A stretch of 64,000 nucleotides of DNA. Source: Dehalococcoidia bacterium. GTDB taxonomy: Bacteria > Chloroflexota > Dehalococcoidia > UBA2979. Shown one piece after another: positions 24,430 through 34,455 of this stretch. A model generated the notes under the pieces. The model had not been told where the DNA came from. It ran no database searches and saw nothing but the letters and a program-made list of their open reading frames with translations. The DNA lies in contig OZ253555.1 of the NCBI GenBank assembly GCA_965262725.1, forward strand, positions 512,001 through 576,000, given 5' to 3'. Position 1 is the first letter of the stretch; every line of letters starts with the position of its first letter. Position numbers and translations under genes: made by a program.

Positions 24430-25446
24430 GTGTCCGCGTCCGCGCCGCCGTCTCCCTCGCCGACGCCGTCGGCATCTGCCCCCGCTCCGCTCTGGCGGCG
24501 GGCGCCCGTGCTGGCGCTCGTCGTGGCGCGGCGCGCGACCGCGAACTTCATCAGTGTCGGCGCCGCGCAGATCGCGGCGGGCATCTCCTACTACGCTCTC
24601 ATCTCGCTGTTCCCGCTGGCGTTGCTGGCGTTCTCGGCGTTCGGCCTCGTGCTCCGCGACGAAGAGCTGCAGCAGCGCGTGCTCGACGGGATCGTCGCGG
24701 GGATCCCGGTGGAGGCGCCGATCGTCGAGGAGGCCCTCGCCGCGCTCGCGAGCGGCGGAGCCACCATCGGGCTGGTGGCGCTGGTCGCCACGATATGGAC
24801 GGGGAGCGCCCTCGCCGCCGCGCTGCGCAGGGCACTCAACACCATCTTCGAGGTGGACCGGGCCCGCCCGTTCGTGCAGGGCAAGCTCGTCGACGTCACG
24901 ATCGCGCCGGTGCTCGGGTTCCTGCTGCTCGTGTCGCTCGTGCTGACGACGGGGTGGCGTCTCGCGCAGGCCGAGGCGGTGGACTTCGGGATCCTGCGGG
25001 AGCAGGGGTTCGTCTGGGAGCTCGGCGCAGTCGGAATCACCGGACTGATCAGCTTCCTCGCGTTTCTCTTCCTCTACTGGCTGCTCCCGAACTCCTCGCT
25101 GAGGCCGCGCTACCTCTGGCCCGGGGCGTTGCTCACCGCGGTGGGGTTCGAGGCGGTCAAGTTCGGGTTTGCGGCCTACCTGGCGCACTTCGGCAACTAC
25201 GACGTGATCTACGGCTCGCTCGGAGGCGTCATCGCGATGCTGGTCTGGGTCTTCGTCAGCGTCAACATCATGCTCCTTGGCGCCGCGGTCTCAGCGGAGA
25301 TCCCGCGAGCGTTGCGGGGGGAGGATCGTCCCGGAGACGAGAGCGCGCGCGATGTGCGCTGGCGGGAGTCGGCGCTCCTGCTGCTGCGCGGGCTGTTCTT
25401 CGGACCAGACGAGTCGACACCGGAGCCGCGGAGCCGGGGCCGCTGA
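24430..25446 (+). CDS. YihY/BrkB-family membrane protein
   Basis: AAGISYYALISLFP, LRRALNTIF, YDVIYGSLGGVIAMLVW. Confidence 0.92.
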   Translation: MSASAPPSPSPTPSASAPAPLWRRAPVLALVVARRATANFISVGAAQIAAGISYYALISLFPLALLAFSAFGLVLRDEELQQRVLDGIVAGIPVEAPIVEEALAALASGGATIGLVALVATIWTGSALAAALRRALNTIFEVDRARPFVQGKLVDVTIAPVLGFLLLVSLVLTTGWRLAQAEAVDFGILREQGFVWELGAVGITGLISFLAFLFLYWLLPNSSLRPRYLWPGALLTAVGFEAVKFGFAAYLAHFGNYDVIYGSLGGVIAMLVWVFVSVNIMLLGAAVSAEIPRALRGEDRPGDESARDVRWRESALLLLRGLFFGPDESTPEPRSRGR

Positions 25447-25500
25447 GCGGGCCGCGGCGGCTCCGCGGCCGCTCGACGGCGCCGAGGCGGTCGATCGCCT

Positions 25501-27415
25501 CTATGCGAGAGTGAGTACCGTGGCCGGATTGTCCACAGTTATCGCTTGAATCACGTCTTCCGAGAATCCCTTGCGTCGCATTCTGGGAACGATGTTCTCG
25601 AGGATGTGGCCGTGTGCGTCCGGAAGTCGAAGGGGTGGTGACGTGATGACGTGACCGGTCCGGAGACATGCTCGTTGCTGCCAGCCGGTGAGAGTCCGGC
25701 ACGGGTAACTGTCAGGAGGCCCGTTAGCAGGTCGGCGGCGTGGACGGGAAACGGTCTGCGTCGAAGCCCGACGTCAAGAGCCCTATGAGGGGGAGCAAAC
25801 GTGCGGTCCGCAGCATGACGCGAAGTCTGCCGCGCCGTGAGACTCGCCTGTCTATTGACAGGACCAAGGAGGAGCCGAGCCCGGGTGGTCAGGGCGAAGG
25901 CCATGGACGAGGTGAAGATCCTGGAATGCAGCCTCAAGAAACCTCCCGGCGTATGGGACGTGGAACGTACGGAAGGTAGCGACGGGAACCGGAGAAGCCC
26001 TCCCCGGCCCGGCACCCTGTGAGAGGGCGTCGGAGCGAGGCGTCCTATAACCGGTCAGAGCCGGGAAGTGGACAGCCAGCCGGAAGGGTGGCGGAGGGGG
26101 TCGTAGTACCGCTGGAGCCGGACGGACAACATAACCGCCGGTGATGGGAAGGACCCCTACTTTGTCCGTGCATGTTGCTGGGGGTGTGGACTGGTGAGTG
26201 CCCCTCGGGGCTAGCAACCACTTGGTAGGGTTCGAGGCTCTCCGCACATGCTGTACCGGCTGGCCAAGGCACGACCCACGTTGTGGGGAGCGCTGCATGC
26301 CATCTGGTGAAGGGCATCGGTGAGCCGGATGAGGGAGAACCTCACGTCCGGTTCGATGTGGCAGGGGCTGGAGACGGACGCTGCTATGGCCGTGGAGTTG
26401 GGCACCACCGGGAAACCGGCTTGGAACTGATGCGCCACCGCCTACGGCTCGCACCGCGCCAGCCCCTGACCCTACAGCCGTGTCCTCCGTATCTGACAAG
26501 TCGGTGCTTCATGCAAATGTCCTGACCGATAACGATTCTATCGGAATAGCCGGCGTCGGCGATGTACCGAATGAAGCCCAGCCTCTGGGCGTCGCTCGGC
26601 ATATCGATGTCGGCGAGTGGGTAGTACGATCCTTCATTGCCGAACAGGTCCCATTCAAGGTAACAGCCTGACGCGGCAATACTCAGAAGCGTGTCGAACT
26701 CAAACACGGTTCGATCCAGATGTCCCACGATCACCCGGGACAGATCCGCGCCGCCGTATTCGAGCACCTCCAGGATCTCCAACGGTGCATCCGGATGCCG
26801 CCCTGGATGGATCAATATCGCCGCACCCGTGTCTCTCTGCGCGATTGCCGCCGCCGACAGGGACTTGCGCTCGTTTGGCGCCAGGGGCCACGTGCAGCCA
26901 ATCTCCCCGATGATGCCCGCCTTGATGCCGCTGCCTCCAACGCCGTCACAGATATCGCCGGTAATCTCCCGCGCCAGATCCTCCGCGGCCCGCTCATCCA
27001 TATCTTCTGGATGGACGGCTGCGACGTAGAAGCCCGCACCCATGATGATGTGGACGCCCGATGCACGCGATATGTGGGCCAGCGCATCCGGCGAGCGTCC
27101 CATTCCCATCGAGGTGGCGTCGACAATGGCGCCGCCTCCGGCTTCGCTGAACTTGCTGACTTCTCCTATCGTTGTGTCCACATCCATCAACTGAAGGTTG
27201 GAGCGGTTGCTGTAGTAGTTGCGCCGTATCCATCCGATGTTGTCCAGGGCTATGGGCGCATCCGCCAGCTCCTGCGACGGCGAGTCCCGGGCGGGGCGAT
27301 ACATGAACGAGAAGTCGATATAGAGGTGTTCATGGGTCGTCGTGGCACCCAGTTCGGACGGGGGTACAGGGCCCAGCACGGTCTGGACGAGACCCCGATT
27401 TCGTTCTGATCCCAC
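25501..27415 (-). pseudogene. Phosphotriesterase-family (aryldialkylphosphatase-like) gene split by an antisense group II intron
   Basis: THEHL, GIIGEIG, HPG, GHLDR, GQD; removing 25614-26475 restores YGGHG-YGHILENIVPRM...DNPATVLTLA* (350 aa). Confidence 0.93.
25614..26475 (+). mobile_element. ORF-less group II intron, copy 1 (862 nt)
   Basis: 5' GTGCG; domain V GAGCCGGATGAGGGAGAACCTCACGTCCGGTTC at ~26322; 3' ...CCCTGACCCTAC; no target duplication; appears identical to copies 2 and 3. Confidence 0.95.
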
Positions 27416-27583
27416 GTCCCCACTCCCTGTAGTATCGTCGCCGGAAAGGTAGCACGGCCCGTTTGGGGGCGTACAACCGGCGTCCGACAACGCCCGGACG
27501 ATGGGGCATTCCGCCCGCGAATGTCCTCACGACAACCATCACCACAGGGGCGCTGAAGAACCAGGGCGAGGGAGGTCTCAGAT

Positions 27584-28717
27584 ATGAGATTCGCGGCGTT
27601 CACGACGGTGGCGGCGTCCGCCGGGGAGGCCACCAACGCCGAGCAGATGATCGACAACCTCAGGCAGCAGACGATTCTGGCCGAGGAGCTCGGCTTCGAG
27701 ACCATGTGGCTCGGAGAACACCACTTTGGACCCTATGGAGTCGGCGACTTGCCGAACCCGATTCTGCTCGGCGCAGACCTCGCGGCGCGAACGTCCAGGA
27801 TTCGGATCGGGCAGATGGCGAACATCGCTCCGTGGTGGCATCCCATACGGCTGGCCGAAGACCTTGCGATCCTGGACAACATGACCCGAGGGCGCGTGGA
27901 GGTTGGCTTCGGCAGGGGAATCTGGCCGTATGAGGGTCCACAGTTCCATCCTCACGCGGACCCTCGCAGGGATCAGGAGAGCAGGGAGCTGTTCCGGGAG
28001 ACGGTGGATATAGTGCGCGAGATATGGAGCAACGAGTACTTCTCGTACGACGGGAACAACTACACGTTTCCAGTCGACGGCACCGTCTTCTCCCATCCGC
28101 GCTACCCGTCGAATCCCGCCTGGCAGGAGGGTGAGAAGGTCACGAAGCTCCGGGTGACGCCGGCGCCCTACCAGAAGCCGCACCCGCCGCTGTGGATGAC
28201 CGTTTCCACGGACCGTTCTGTGACAACAGCGGCCGAACTCGGACTGAAGGCGTGCTACTGGCAGCCTCCCGCTCTCAGAATCAAGCAGCGAATGGAACTC
28301 TACGCGCAGGTCAGGAGCGAGCGCGACGGGAGACCCTTCCGCGTGGGAGAAGACCAGGCGGTCATGCGCTCCACGTACGTCGCCTCGTCCATGGAGGAGG
28401 CGCGCCGGGATGCGGAACAGGGGATCATGTCCTCCTTCATCTTCAATGATCCCTTTCGCGGCAGGCAGGTCTTCACCAACCCGGGCGAGGTCCTGGACCC
28501 CGGCGTGAATCTGGACTGGGATTTCCTGGAGCCGCGCACCCTGCTTGTCGGCTCCCCCGAGAATGTGGTGGAGAAGGTTCACGAGTTGCAGGAGGTATGC
28601 AACCTGGAATATCTGCTCGTCGAGTTCGCGCACATGGGGATTCCGTTACGTAAGACCCTGAAGAACCTGGAGACCTTTGCCACCGAGGTGATGCCGCGAT
28701 TCGTCAGTGACGGCTGA
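27584..28717 (+). CDS. LLM-class (luciferase-like) flavin-dependent oxidoreductase
   Basis: AEELGFETMWLGEHHF, HPIRLAEDLAILD, GRVEVGFGRG, PYQKPHPPLW. Confidence 0.95.
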   Translation: MRFAAFTTVAASAGEATNAEQMIDNLRQQTILAEELGFETMWLGEHHFGPYGVGDLPNPILLGADLAARTSRIRIGQMANIAPWWHPIRLAEDLAILDNMTRGRVEVGFGRGIWPYEGPQFHPHADPRRDQESRELFRETVDIVREIWSNEYFSYDGNNYTFPVDGTVFSHPRYPSNPAWQEGEKVTKLRVTPAPYQKPHPPLWMTVSTDRSVTTAAELGLKACYWQPPALRIKQRMELYAQVRSERDGRPFRVGEDQAVMRSTYVASSMEEARRDAEQGIMSSFIFNDPFRGRQVFTNPGEVLDPGVNLDWDFLEPRTLLVGSPENVVEKVHELQEVCNLEYLLVEFAHMGIPLRKTLKNLETFATEVMPRFVSDG

Positions 28718-28900
28718 AGCGCGCACGGAGGAGACGCCCCTCCGGCTGGCGCCCCGGACTCAACCCCTCGCATAGGGACGGCGACGCCGTGGGACAGGCC
28801 GTTCGCGCACGCGGCGGACGTGTCGCCGGCGGCTGGCGGCGGTCCGGCATCCCGGGCGGCTCGTCGTGCGCGGGGCGCTGTCGGCTTGCTCCGCCGACTC

Positions 28901-31900
28901 CTATTCGGCGCTCGTGACGACGAGGATGGCGAGGACGGGGGCGAGGGCGGTGAGCAGGGCGGGCGCGGGCGCAGCGCTGTATGCGCGCGCGTCGAGGACG
29001 GAGCCCTCACGCCACCTGCGCTCGAGGCGGATACGGTTGCGATCCCACCACTCGCGTTGCAGCAGCACGGTGAGGCCCACGGCGAGCAGCAGGAACCCCG
29101 CAACCGCCAGCATCAGCCAGTACGGCACCGCCTCGGACTCGCGGTTGACCCACAGGAAGCGCAGCGCGATGCCGGAGAGCGTCGCGACCGCCGAGACCGC
29201 GAGCCAGCGTGCGTTCAGCACGATCGCAACGCCGAGCAGCGCGAGACCCTCGATGAGCAGCACGAGCCCCCAGCGTGCTCCGCCCGGTTCGAATCCCTGT
29301 TCGGCCTGCGGGAGCACGAGCAGCGCCGCTCCGGCGAGTTGCAGCAACTCGTGCCAGCCGAGGTTGGGGTGCAACTTCTCGTGGGTGCGCGAGACGAGAC
29401 CGACGAGGGCGAGGTAGAGCGCGGCGGGCACCGTGTATGCCTGCACGTTCCCGGGTTCCAGAGTCGCGATCGCGAGTTCGAGCGCGACCATGACCAGAGC
29501 CGACGCCGGCAGCATGGCCCAGCGGACGTCGAGTCGACGCCCATCGAACGCCGCGGCCCCGGCGAGCGGCAGCATCAGGAGCGCCACCGCCCGGAACTCG
29601 ACGAGGGTCGCCGCGTCGGCATCGAGCCCGTCGAGGCGGATGTCGAGCGCGTGCATCGCCGTCAGCGGCCCGAGCACGAGGCCGGCCCACGACAGGACGT
29701 GGACGGCCACCGACGAGGACTCCGTGCCGGAGCGTCGCCACGGCGAGAGTGCCCAGAAGGTGACCGCGCCCGCCGCGGAGTAGGCGACCGCGAGTGTCCA
29801 CGTCGGCCAGTCACCAACGGGCCAGAGCGCGGCCACGACCCCCAGGGCCACGGCCATCGCGGCGACGCCGGGCTCCCACTTCCGCAACCGCCACGCCTCG
29901 ACGGCGATCAGCGGCGCGAGCAGCAGCACCACCAGGACGAGCGTGCGGTACTCGACCGTCGTGACCGCCTCGATCTCCGTACCCGCGACGCGCGAGCCGA
30001 GGGCGGCGCCGGCGGTGACGACGGCGGCCGCGAGCGGCAGCCACGAGAGTGCGTGGGCGGCGGCGAAAGCCTCGGCCCCGGCCGGTTCGGGCGGGTCGTA
30101 CCGGCGTAGCCTGGTGAGTGCGCCGAAGAGCGGGACGGAGATCGCGGCATAGCCGACCGCGAGGCGCCACCACGGCCACGCCTGCGACTCCCACAGCGCC
30201 GCGAGCGCGAGCATGCCCAGCGCCACCGACGTGGCGGCGAGGCTCCACCGCCTGAGCGCGACGAATGCCGCGAGCACGTGCGCGGCCGGCAGCGCGAGCA
30301 GCACCGCGTCGTGTCCCCAGGACTCGTCGGCGGCGTAGACGGAGACGGCCGTCGCCAGGAGCAGCGGAGGCAGCAGGAGCCAGAGCAGCGCGGGTGCGCG
30401 CCTCGTGGCGGTGACCAGGGACGCCGACACCAGGGCCCCCACCACCGCGAACGCCCAGCCGGTGTCGGGCGGGGCGACCTCGAGCCCTCGTTGCGCGAAG
30501 CCGATGGCGACGAGCGATGCGCCGAAGGCGATCCATGCAAGCGCCGTGCGTTCGAGCGGGTGCGTCGGCCACGGATGGTCGGCCGGCGCCCGTCGCGCGA
30601 GATCCCACGTGAAGACGCCGCGACTGGCGTTGCGCCACGCGATGGCCGCGAACAGCGCGCCGGCCGCGAGGGTGGCGAGAGCCGCAATCCAGCTGTCGCC
30701 GCCCAGGTGCACGGGCATCCAGACGAAGGGCATCAGGCCGCCCGCAGCAGCGAGCAGCAGGGAACCGGGCGCGAGCCACGGGCGCCACGCGGTCCAGCGC
30801 GACCGCCCCGCGACCAGCGCTGCTCCGACGGCGAGCGGCGGGAAGCAGTACCACTGCGCGCCGACGTCGGCCGCCCAGAGCGCGGAGGTGGCCGTCGTCG
30901 CGACGAGCGCCGCAGCCGGCAGCAGCGCGAACGGCTGCCGCCATGCTCCGCCGAGCAGCGCGACCACCGCGAGCAGGAGCGCGTGCGTGACGGGCAGATG
31001 CCATCGCTCGCCGGAAGCGCCGTCGTAGTAGGAGAGGAGGTGCGCGAAGAGCAGCGCGAGGGAGGCGATGACCGCGATCGGCGCGACGGCGACGGGTTCG
31101 CGCCGGCGCGTGGCCACCAGCGCGACCGCTCCGGCGAGCGCGAAGGCCATCCACCACGGCCCACCCCACTGAAGCGGCAGCTCGACCGTGACCGCCAGGG
31201 AACCCCACGCGCTGAGCAGCGCGATGCCCGCCGGAATGATGTAGAGGCGTCCGAGACCGCGCGCGAAGAGGAAGCCGTAGAACGCCGCGCTGTAGGTCGA
31301 GGCGATGAACCACACGAGCTCGCCGGGCACCTCGCGGCCTTCGAGCACCTCGTTGTGCAGCAGCAGGAAGTTGAGCGGCGTCATGAGCGCGCCGATCGCG
31401 AGGAAGACGGGGCCGGCCTCGCGCACCCTCGGCCAGCGGCGGAGCAACCAGCCGGCGAGCAGGAAGCCGCCGGTGTAGGCGGCGAGGATCACGACGCGCC
31501 AGCCGCCGGCGCGCGTCTCGTCCTGGCTCGAGACGAAGATCAGCGCCGAGATCACGAGCAGGAACGCTCCGACGTACAGCAGCACGTCGGCCTGCCGACG
31601 CGCCGCCCAGTCGCCGATCGTGGCCGCAGGGGGGCGCCGGGCCGCCGGTGGGGGCGCAGCCATCGCCTGGCCCGTGGCGGCGGTCCCGGGGCGCACGGGC
31701 TCGGCGTCGGGGGGCGCGGTGGGTGCGCCCGGTGGGCGTGGGGGCCGGGCCATGTCCGCGCGGCGGCGGTCGTAGTGGTCGCGCAGTCGCGCGGCCGAGC
31801 CGGCGTCTATGAGCTCGGCCGCGCGCCACTCGGCGATGGCTCCGAGCAGGGCGTCGATCGCGTCGGGGCTATCGGCGAGGCCGGCGGCCTCCCGCCGCGT

Positions 31901-31994
31901 TCCGCAGCTGGCACAGCGGCCGGCGTCGGGAGGACGGATCGATCCGCAGGTCGGGCAGGGGGTCGGGGGCCAGTCCCGGGGAGCCGTGATGCAT
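28901..31994 (-). CDS. Large polytopic membrane protein with N-terminal double zinc ribbon; apparent 1-bp frameshift just after the start
   Basis: Many hydrophobic segments in 28901-31753; same frame continues upstream through CPTC...CASC without a start codon; GAGG-ATG at 31994 is out of frame by 1 across GGGG at 31978-31981. Confidence 0.75.
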
Positions 31995-32202
31995 CACCTC
32001 TGAGGTTGTCGCCGCCTCGGCGGGGGAACTGTACAACTCCTGAGCCGGTCGGGGCCCGGTCGTCGGCGACGCGACGATGCCGGGGGCGATGACGCCCGGC
32101 TGCGTTCCGGCCCGGCGCCCATCACCCGGCGGACTTGATGCGACGGGGTCGCACGTCCAGCGGGTGGTGTGTGCCCTCGGCGGCGCGCTCCGCCGACCGC
32201 GG

Positions 32203-32730
32203 TCAATCCCGCGGCCAGCGCTCCCCGTCGACCTCGAGGTACGTGATGCGTGCAACGCCGTCCCGCGAGACCGCGATATGGACGTCCGGCGGGAGGGGCA
32301 GCACCCCCGTGCCCCGGGGCACGAAGTACTCGCCCAGGTCGGGATACTCGACGCGGAGCGGTGACTCGAGCACGACACGCGCGCGAACAGCGACTCGCCC
32401 GTGCTCCCACTCGTCCCGGCTGAGGTTCCGGGTGCCGAGCGCGGTCGGCTCCCAGTAGCGGCCCCGATCCTCGAACGTCACGTAGAGCTGATCGCCCTCT
32501 GCGGCGGCTCGGGCGCCCGGCAGGCCATCCACGTCCTCGGCCTGGTAGCGGAGGATCACGTAGTCGCCGCGGAGCGGATCCCGCGGGTCGACCGGCAGGG
32601 ACTCGAGCACGATCTCGACGCCCGTCTGTCGCCTCTCCTCGACGAAGATGACCCCGAGCAGCAGCGCCAGCTGGAGCCCCACGATCAGCCCGAACAGTGC
32701 GAGCCGGTGCCGCCCGATCAGCGCGCGCAT
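32203..32730 (-). CDS. GDYXXLXY domain protein
   Basis: PVDPRDPLRGDYVILRY; N-terminal TM. Confidence 0.9.
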   Translation of the reverse strand: MRALIGRHRLALFGLIVGLQLALLLGVIFVEERRQTGVEIVLESLPVDPRDPLRGDYVILRYQAEDVDGLPGARAAAEGDQLYVTFEDRGRYWEPTALGTRNLSRDEWEHGRVAVRARVVLESPLRVEYPDLGEYFVPRGTGVLPLPPDVHIAVSRDGVARITYLEVDGERWPRD

Positions 32731-32731
32731 C

Positions 32732-33964
32732 TCAGCCACCCACCCCAGCGCCGCCTGCCGCGGCATCCATGCGCCGGCTCAGCCGGCGCCGGCCCAGCTC
32801 GATCAGGGAGGCAAGCACCAGGAAGAGCGCCCCGGCGCCGGCGAAGAGCGCGCCGGTCTGGGCGTAGTCGCTGAAGAGATCGAAGTACCTCGACAGGATG
32901 AACAGGCCGAGGAAGACGAGCGCGGCGTTGACCCAGGACTCCCGCCGCAGCGCGAGTCCGAGCCAGGTGATCGAACCGGCCAGCAGGCATGCCCCCAGCC
33001 AGTAGCCGAGGGTGGTGAGGATGAGCGCCTCTTCCGCGTCGCCACGGGGGTTGAGCGCCGCCGCGAGCGTCCAGGCCAGGAGGAGCAGCAGCGTCAGCTG
33101 ACCCAGCAGCAGCGGCGGGCGCAGCCGGTCACCGACCGGGGGCCAGCCGAGCCGCGCCTCGGCCCGCGCGCCGGTCGCGAGCAGCGCCGGGAGCACGAGC
33201 ACGAGCGGTGCGAGCAGGAGCACGGCGGCGGGGACGAGGGGGACGGTGCTCTCGATATCGAAGTGGCGGTAGAAGCCGAGCAGATAGACGGTGCCGGCGA
33301 TCAGGATCCCGCCGACCAGTTCGGCGGGAGGCGAGAGCGACGCGTACGCGCCGCGCCTCTGGAGCGCGGCGAGGGCGACCAGCCACGCGCCGGCGCCGAG
33401 CAGCAGCAGCAGGACCGTCTCGGCCGGGGCTTCGAGCGGGGAGCCGCCCCGCTGGCTCTCTGCGGTGAGCCACAGCACGAACAGCACGGCCGCGACGAAG
33501 GCGTGGCTGCGCGAGGAGAAGAGGCAGGCGAACGCAAGCGCCGAGCAGAGCACCGGGAGGAGCAGCGGCGCTGGATTCAAGGCGATGTGGTACTGCTGGC
33601 TGATGAGCGCGAGGTTGCCGAGGAGGACGCCGGTGCCGAGGAGCAGCAGTGCCTCCCCGGTGCGCACCAGCCCGAGCGGTCCGTTGCGTACCCAGTAGCC
33701 GCCGCCCTGGCAGGCCAGGAGCAGCGCGATCCCCGTGGCCAGCTTCGGCGTTCTCCCGATCTGGTCCCAGTTCTGCGAGATCACGAGCACGACCCCGAGG
33801 GTGACGAGTCCGGCCCCGAGCACCGCGAGGATCGCGACGAGGCGATGACCGCGGCCGTCCGCCGCCGCTTCGAAGTCGAGGATCTGCCGCCTCTGGTCGG
33901 CCGAGAGAATCCCGGCGTCCACCCACCCTGCCGCCCGACGTTCGAGCCCCCCGCTGTGCGGCAT
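32732..33964 (-). CDS. DUF2157-family membrane protein
   Basis: WVDAGILSADQ, VISQNWDQI, LALISQQYH; usual partner of GDYXXLXY genes. Confidence 0.88.
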   Translation of the reverse strand: MPHSGGLERRAAGWVDAGILSADQRRQILDFEAAADGRGHRLVAILAVLGAGLVTLGVVLVISQNWDQIGRTPKLATGIALLLACQGGGYWVRNGPLGLVRTGEALLLLGTGVLLGNLALISQQYHIALNPAPLLLPVLCSALAFACLFSSRSHAFVAAVLFVLWLTAESQRGGSPLEAPAETVLLLLLGAGAWLVALAALQRRGAYASLSPPAELVGGILIAGTVYLLGFYRHFDIESTVPLVPAAVLLLAPLVLVLPALLATGARAEARLGWPPVGDRLRPPLLLGQLTLLLLLAWTLAAALNPRGDAEEALILTTLGYWLGACLLAGSITWLGLALRRESWVNAALVFLGLFILSRYFDLFSDYAQTGALFAGAGALFLVLASLIELGRRRLSRRMDAAAGGAGVGG

Positions 33965-34455
33965 GTCGCATCTCCCCGCGCCCGGACGGCGGCGCGCCGC
34001 GTGGTGACAGCGCCCTCACTATGCACGCCGCGCTCTCGCCGCGCCGCCCGGTGAAGGCCCACGCCTGAACACCGGCGCCGCACAGCAGCGGGGCGGGCCG
34101 CGGTGCGGCTGGAGGGCGTGCCTGAGCCCGGACCGGCCCGGCTCGGCCCGGGCCCGGATGTCGACCGCCACTGTGTCCCCACCGGATCTCGTGGTACGGT
34201 TCCCCTACGCGCCGCCGGTCTGATTCGCGCGGCGTGCCCCTCAGAACACACTCTCCCGCCACGGCCGCGTCAGGCTCGTGAGCCCGGTAGAGCGCCGCGA
34301 ATGCTGGCGGGCCCGACCCGTCGGAGCGGTGGACTCTGAGCGGTTCACGAGCAGGAAGCCTGCAGGCTGGCGTGCTTCCTGCCGATACCCGCCCATCGAG
34401 GCGGTGACCATATTCGCGCTCGCGATCGCCGGCCACAGAACGGAAGCCCGTGTAT

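Noticed and set aside
23830-24946. C-terminal ~370 aa of the listed 2839-aa ORF
   Set aside because: Arg-rich read-through caused by the frameshift. The true tail repeat continues in another frame to 24035, and the extension overlaps the YihY gene.
25551-26525. Short ORFs repeated in each ORF-less intron copy (79, 61, 90, 75 aa etc.)
   Set aside because: They overlap ribozyme domains, carry no protein motifs, and recur only because the RNA element is repeated.
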